Source: Vicugna vicugna (Eukaryota). From it: 64,000 nucleotides of DNA. Position 1 is the stretch's first letter. Every line of letters begins with the position of its first letter. The stretch is taken from contig MU058654.1 in NCBI GenBank assembly GCA_013265495.1, positions 434,001-498,000 of the forward strand. Reading direction: 5' to 3'. The notes beneath the pieces were generated by a model. The model ran no database searches. It was not told where the DNA came from and saw only the letters and a list, made by a program, of their open reading frames with translations. This document shows, one piece after another, positions 60,513-64,000 of the stretch. Position numbers and translations under genes: made by a program.

Positions 60513-63500
60513 AAGAAATCATAAAAGAGAGGCAGTTTCAGGAAGGTTTGGGGCTCGAGGATGACCTCAAGTCTTAACAGTCCATTGAGAGATCTTGTTC
60601 CAGGAGATTCTAATCCAATATTTCAGACCAAAGAGCTTCATGAATTGATGACATCATGGCAGGGGATGAGGGGAGCAGGATGAAGAGTGGAATTCCTCTC
60701 TAGAGATCCTTTACTGAGTTGAATGTAAGCATTAGAATTTTCAATGCTAGGCTCCCTTTTCTCACACTGGAAGCACCACTATCCTGCAGAAAGGAGCCTC
60801 GTTCCACAGCCCTCAGGATTGGAGGTCCTCCACCCTTGTATGGAGATGGTGTCTCCATGAAGACAGAAGGAGGTCTGGCTTTGACAGCTACATTTCCACA
60901 CACAGCCCAGAGCAGCATCGATCGGATGGTGGCTGGTCAAAAACGCTTGGCGCTGTGGCTTAGAGACAAGTTTTAGAACTGAAGACGTGTATGACACTTT
61001 TGATCTCTCCATAGAGTTGGACAGGTCAACGAGAACAAGAAGAGCAACAACAGAACAAGCAATACAAACTTAGTGTCAGCCAAGACTCGACCGTCCTCTC
61101 CTCGCCAGGCTGCTGAGTTTGTTTTCCCAGTGCCTTTGCCGATCTCTGGAGCGTGACTGTTCGGGAGTGCCACACCTGCCTGTTTCTGGGAACCACGCTA
61201 TCTTCTAGGAATTCACACAATAAACAGGTTTTGGAGGAATGCCAGCGTGTACCCAGACTTCCTTTTCAGAATTCAGATTAATTTCTATCTCCAGATCTTT
61301 CTATCACCAGCTACTAGATTTCAGCTTTGGTTTTTCTCCAGGGGGCACAGCGTAAACATCGTAATTGGGTCACCCTCTGACTTAACATCACTTCTGGCCT
61401 CATTATCAGCTGTGATCAGCTTGGCCTTCGCAGGGGAAGAGATTGGGGTCCTCCAGAAATGCAAGCAAACATCCCAAAGATCCGATCCTTGGGAAGAAGT
61501 TAAGTCATTAATAAGGAAAACAAAGAAACAGGACTCAAGGGACGGCAATAGAACAGTATTTACATGAGAAATGGGTTCCATTAGATATTAAAACACAATC
61601 TAATGATGCCACAGTATTCACAGACAAAAGTGATCCTCTGCTCAAGATGACTGAGAGAAGCCTATGAGATTCAGATCTCAGATGGGATGAAAGAAAATAT
61701 ACGGAAGAAAGGATGGGGATTTCTAGGTATTTAAAAGGTGACTCAGTTCCCAAGCTTTTTCATATGGTGCTTTGATTTCCTTATGTCGCTTCTCACTGCA
61801 CCCACCGCATCATTTCTCCCTGGAGGCTGCATGTGTTGGCACAGAGCTCTTCCCACTGGCCTCCAGAACCCAGTTACTCATTCAAAAATATTTATTGAGT
61901 GTCTTGCACATGCCAGGTACTGTTCCAGTTGCTACAGATATCAAAACAACCGGGGTGCTGACGACATCCTTGGGGAAAGACAGATAATAAACCAATGAAC
62001 ACATAAATAAATGAGGTAATACAAGCAGAGGTTGATAATATGAAGAAAATTTACCGAAGAGAGAGTGGTGACTTTGAGGTGGTGTCTTTAGATGAGGACC
62101 AGGAGGGCCTTGGTGAGAGGATGAGAGCCCAAAGTGGATGACGATGTTAATTAAGTCAGCCACCGCAGGGCCAGCCTGGAGCGTGTTCTTGGCCAGAAAT
62201 GCAGGTGCAAAGTTCTGAGCTGGGAAAGAGCTTGGCAGAGAGCAGTGGGCAAAAGTAAACAGGAGAGGAGCCTGGAGAGAAGTTGGCCATGAGTCAACCA
62301 GCTGAAGCATAAGTAAGGCCTCATGTTCCTGTAACTCAGATCAATTGATAGCATTTCTGACTCTGAAAATGATCCCTGACGTAGAGTATGACTGGCTGGT
62401 GAGGTCTTAATGATAGATAAATCAAATGAAAATAAAACATAGGCATTTCTTAGTGCTGCTTTTTTTTTTGTCCTTGGAAATTAAAAATTGGTTGAATCAA
62501 GAATGGTAACATTTCTTTTTAAATCTGATAAATCTTAAAAATCAGGAGCGTTCCTGTGTCTAGATGTGGAATACAAAGCTGGGTCTGGAATAAAAGAAAT
62601 TGATTTTTTTTATGCTCCTGTATAGGGGAAGGATAATGTGATAGGAAAAGTGGGAGCTTGGCCATACTGAGCTCCTTAGTTGCTGTGTGACCCTGTGCAA
62701 GTTACTTCAACTCTCTGAGCTTTTTTCCCCTTCTGTAAAATCCTCACATGGTTATTATAAGGATTAGATGAGATAATAGTGGAAGCTCAGCAGACATCAA
62801 TTTTAGCCCTTCCCTTCTCCCTTCTCAACCATGTGGACTGTGGGAAAGTGAATCTCAAAGAGAATACAGACGATTTTTATTAAAGAGAGAAAAAGGTGCA
62901 AATGAGGGCAGGGGTATTGTCCATGCCCAGATCTGTGTTGGCTTAACAAATATTTGTGGCGTGGGTGAGTTCTTAAAGGACCTAACCATTCTGCTGAAGG
63001 GACTGAGATTAGGCATTTGAAGACCCCAGGTGCTTTTGGTATGAGTTCATTTCCAGTTGGTTTGGCTGATGGCTTGTAGATCTTCCTCTGGTTCATGGTG
63101 TAGCCAGAAAGTGATGGGAAGGCAGGGGAGGGAAGGAGAAAGACACAAATTGTTGGAAAATCTAACCCCCAGAGGTCATCCACAAGGCCAGGGTATCCCT
63201 AGGTGCTTGGCTTGGAGAGCCTGTTAATTTTCAAGAAATGAAATAACTTCCATTGTTTGTATCAAATTCAGAAAGTACAGAAAAAAACAGAAAAAAATCA
63301 ATAATCCTACATTCAGATAAGTTAATATCTCCATATTTTGTTCATTTAAACTGTAAGTTTAGAGGTAATTGAGATCCCTCTGGGAATTTAGTTGTACAAT
63401 CTGCCTTTTTCAGTCACTGTGATGAAAGCTAGACGCTTCCTCATCAATGTCATGTTTAAGGCAGCATAATAGTCCAGACTAAGAATGTGCAATAATTCAT

Positions 63501-63525
63501 TTAACCAGCACCCAACTGTTGGGAA

Positions 63526-64000
63526 TTTTTTTTAATTGAAGTACAGTCAGTTACAATGTGTCAGTTTCTGGTGTGCAGTATAATGTCCCAGTCATACATA
63601 TATACATAAATTCCTTTTCATATTCTTTTTCATTAAAGGTTACTACAAGATATTGAATATAGTTTCCTGTGCTATACAGAAGAAATTTTTTAATCTATTT
63701 TTATACATAGTGGTTATCATTTGCAAATCTCAAACTCCCAGATTTATCCCTTCCCACCTCCTTTCCCCAGGTAACCATAAGATTGTTTACTATGTCTGTG
63801 AGTCTGTTTCTGTTTTATAGATGAGTTCATTAGTGTCCTCTTTTTCCTTTCTTTCTTTCTTTTTTTTTTTAAGATTCCATATATGATTGATATCACATGG
63901 TATTTTTCTTTCTCTTTCTGGCTTACTTCACTTAGAATGACAATCTCTAGGTCCATCCATGTTGCTGCAAATGGCATTATTTTATTCATTTTTATGGCTG
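63526..64000 (-). mobile_element. LINE-1 3' end, running off the window
   Basis: T-tail, same L1 3'UTR family; ORF 63744-63989 [27 protein letters not shown] is the ORF2 end. Confidence 0.93.

Noticed and set aside
1..64000. A novel multi-gene system, RNA genes or a foreign insert
   Set aside because: No second gene, tRNA/rRNA/snRNA or compositionally foreign segment was recognisable by eye; a small ncRNA or lncRNA exon cannot be excluded without Rfam or RNA-seq

Overview
Mammalian genomic DNA containing one complete protein-coding gene: the alpha-arrestin ARRDC4 (+ strand, 8 coding exons, ATG 29940 to TGA 40018, 412 aa, all introns GT-AG, reading frame verified across every junction). It has a CpG-island promoter with clustered CCAAT boxes and a ~2.7 kb 3'UTR ending near 42690. 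The rest is gene-poor: young 5'-truncated L1 copies with target-site duplications (TSDs), ERV1-type solo LTRs (one nested pair), old L1/L2/MIR/MER elements and some repeat-free candidate enhancers. Artiodactyl-like L1 3' ends with no recognisable Alu, B1/B2, Bov-A/tA, PRE-1 or Can-SINE suggest a camelid (inference only). I found no evidence of a new multi-gene system. The most notable observations are a poly(A)-tailed LTR-like retroposon in intron 3, seed sites for all four miR-17~92 families in the 3'UTR, ChoRE-like/CCAAT/X-box promoter architecture, a cryptic acceptor that could give an isoform lacking the PPxY motifs, and unusual insertion-site footprints. Repeat family names and comparisons with human ARRDC4 are from memory, not database searches.
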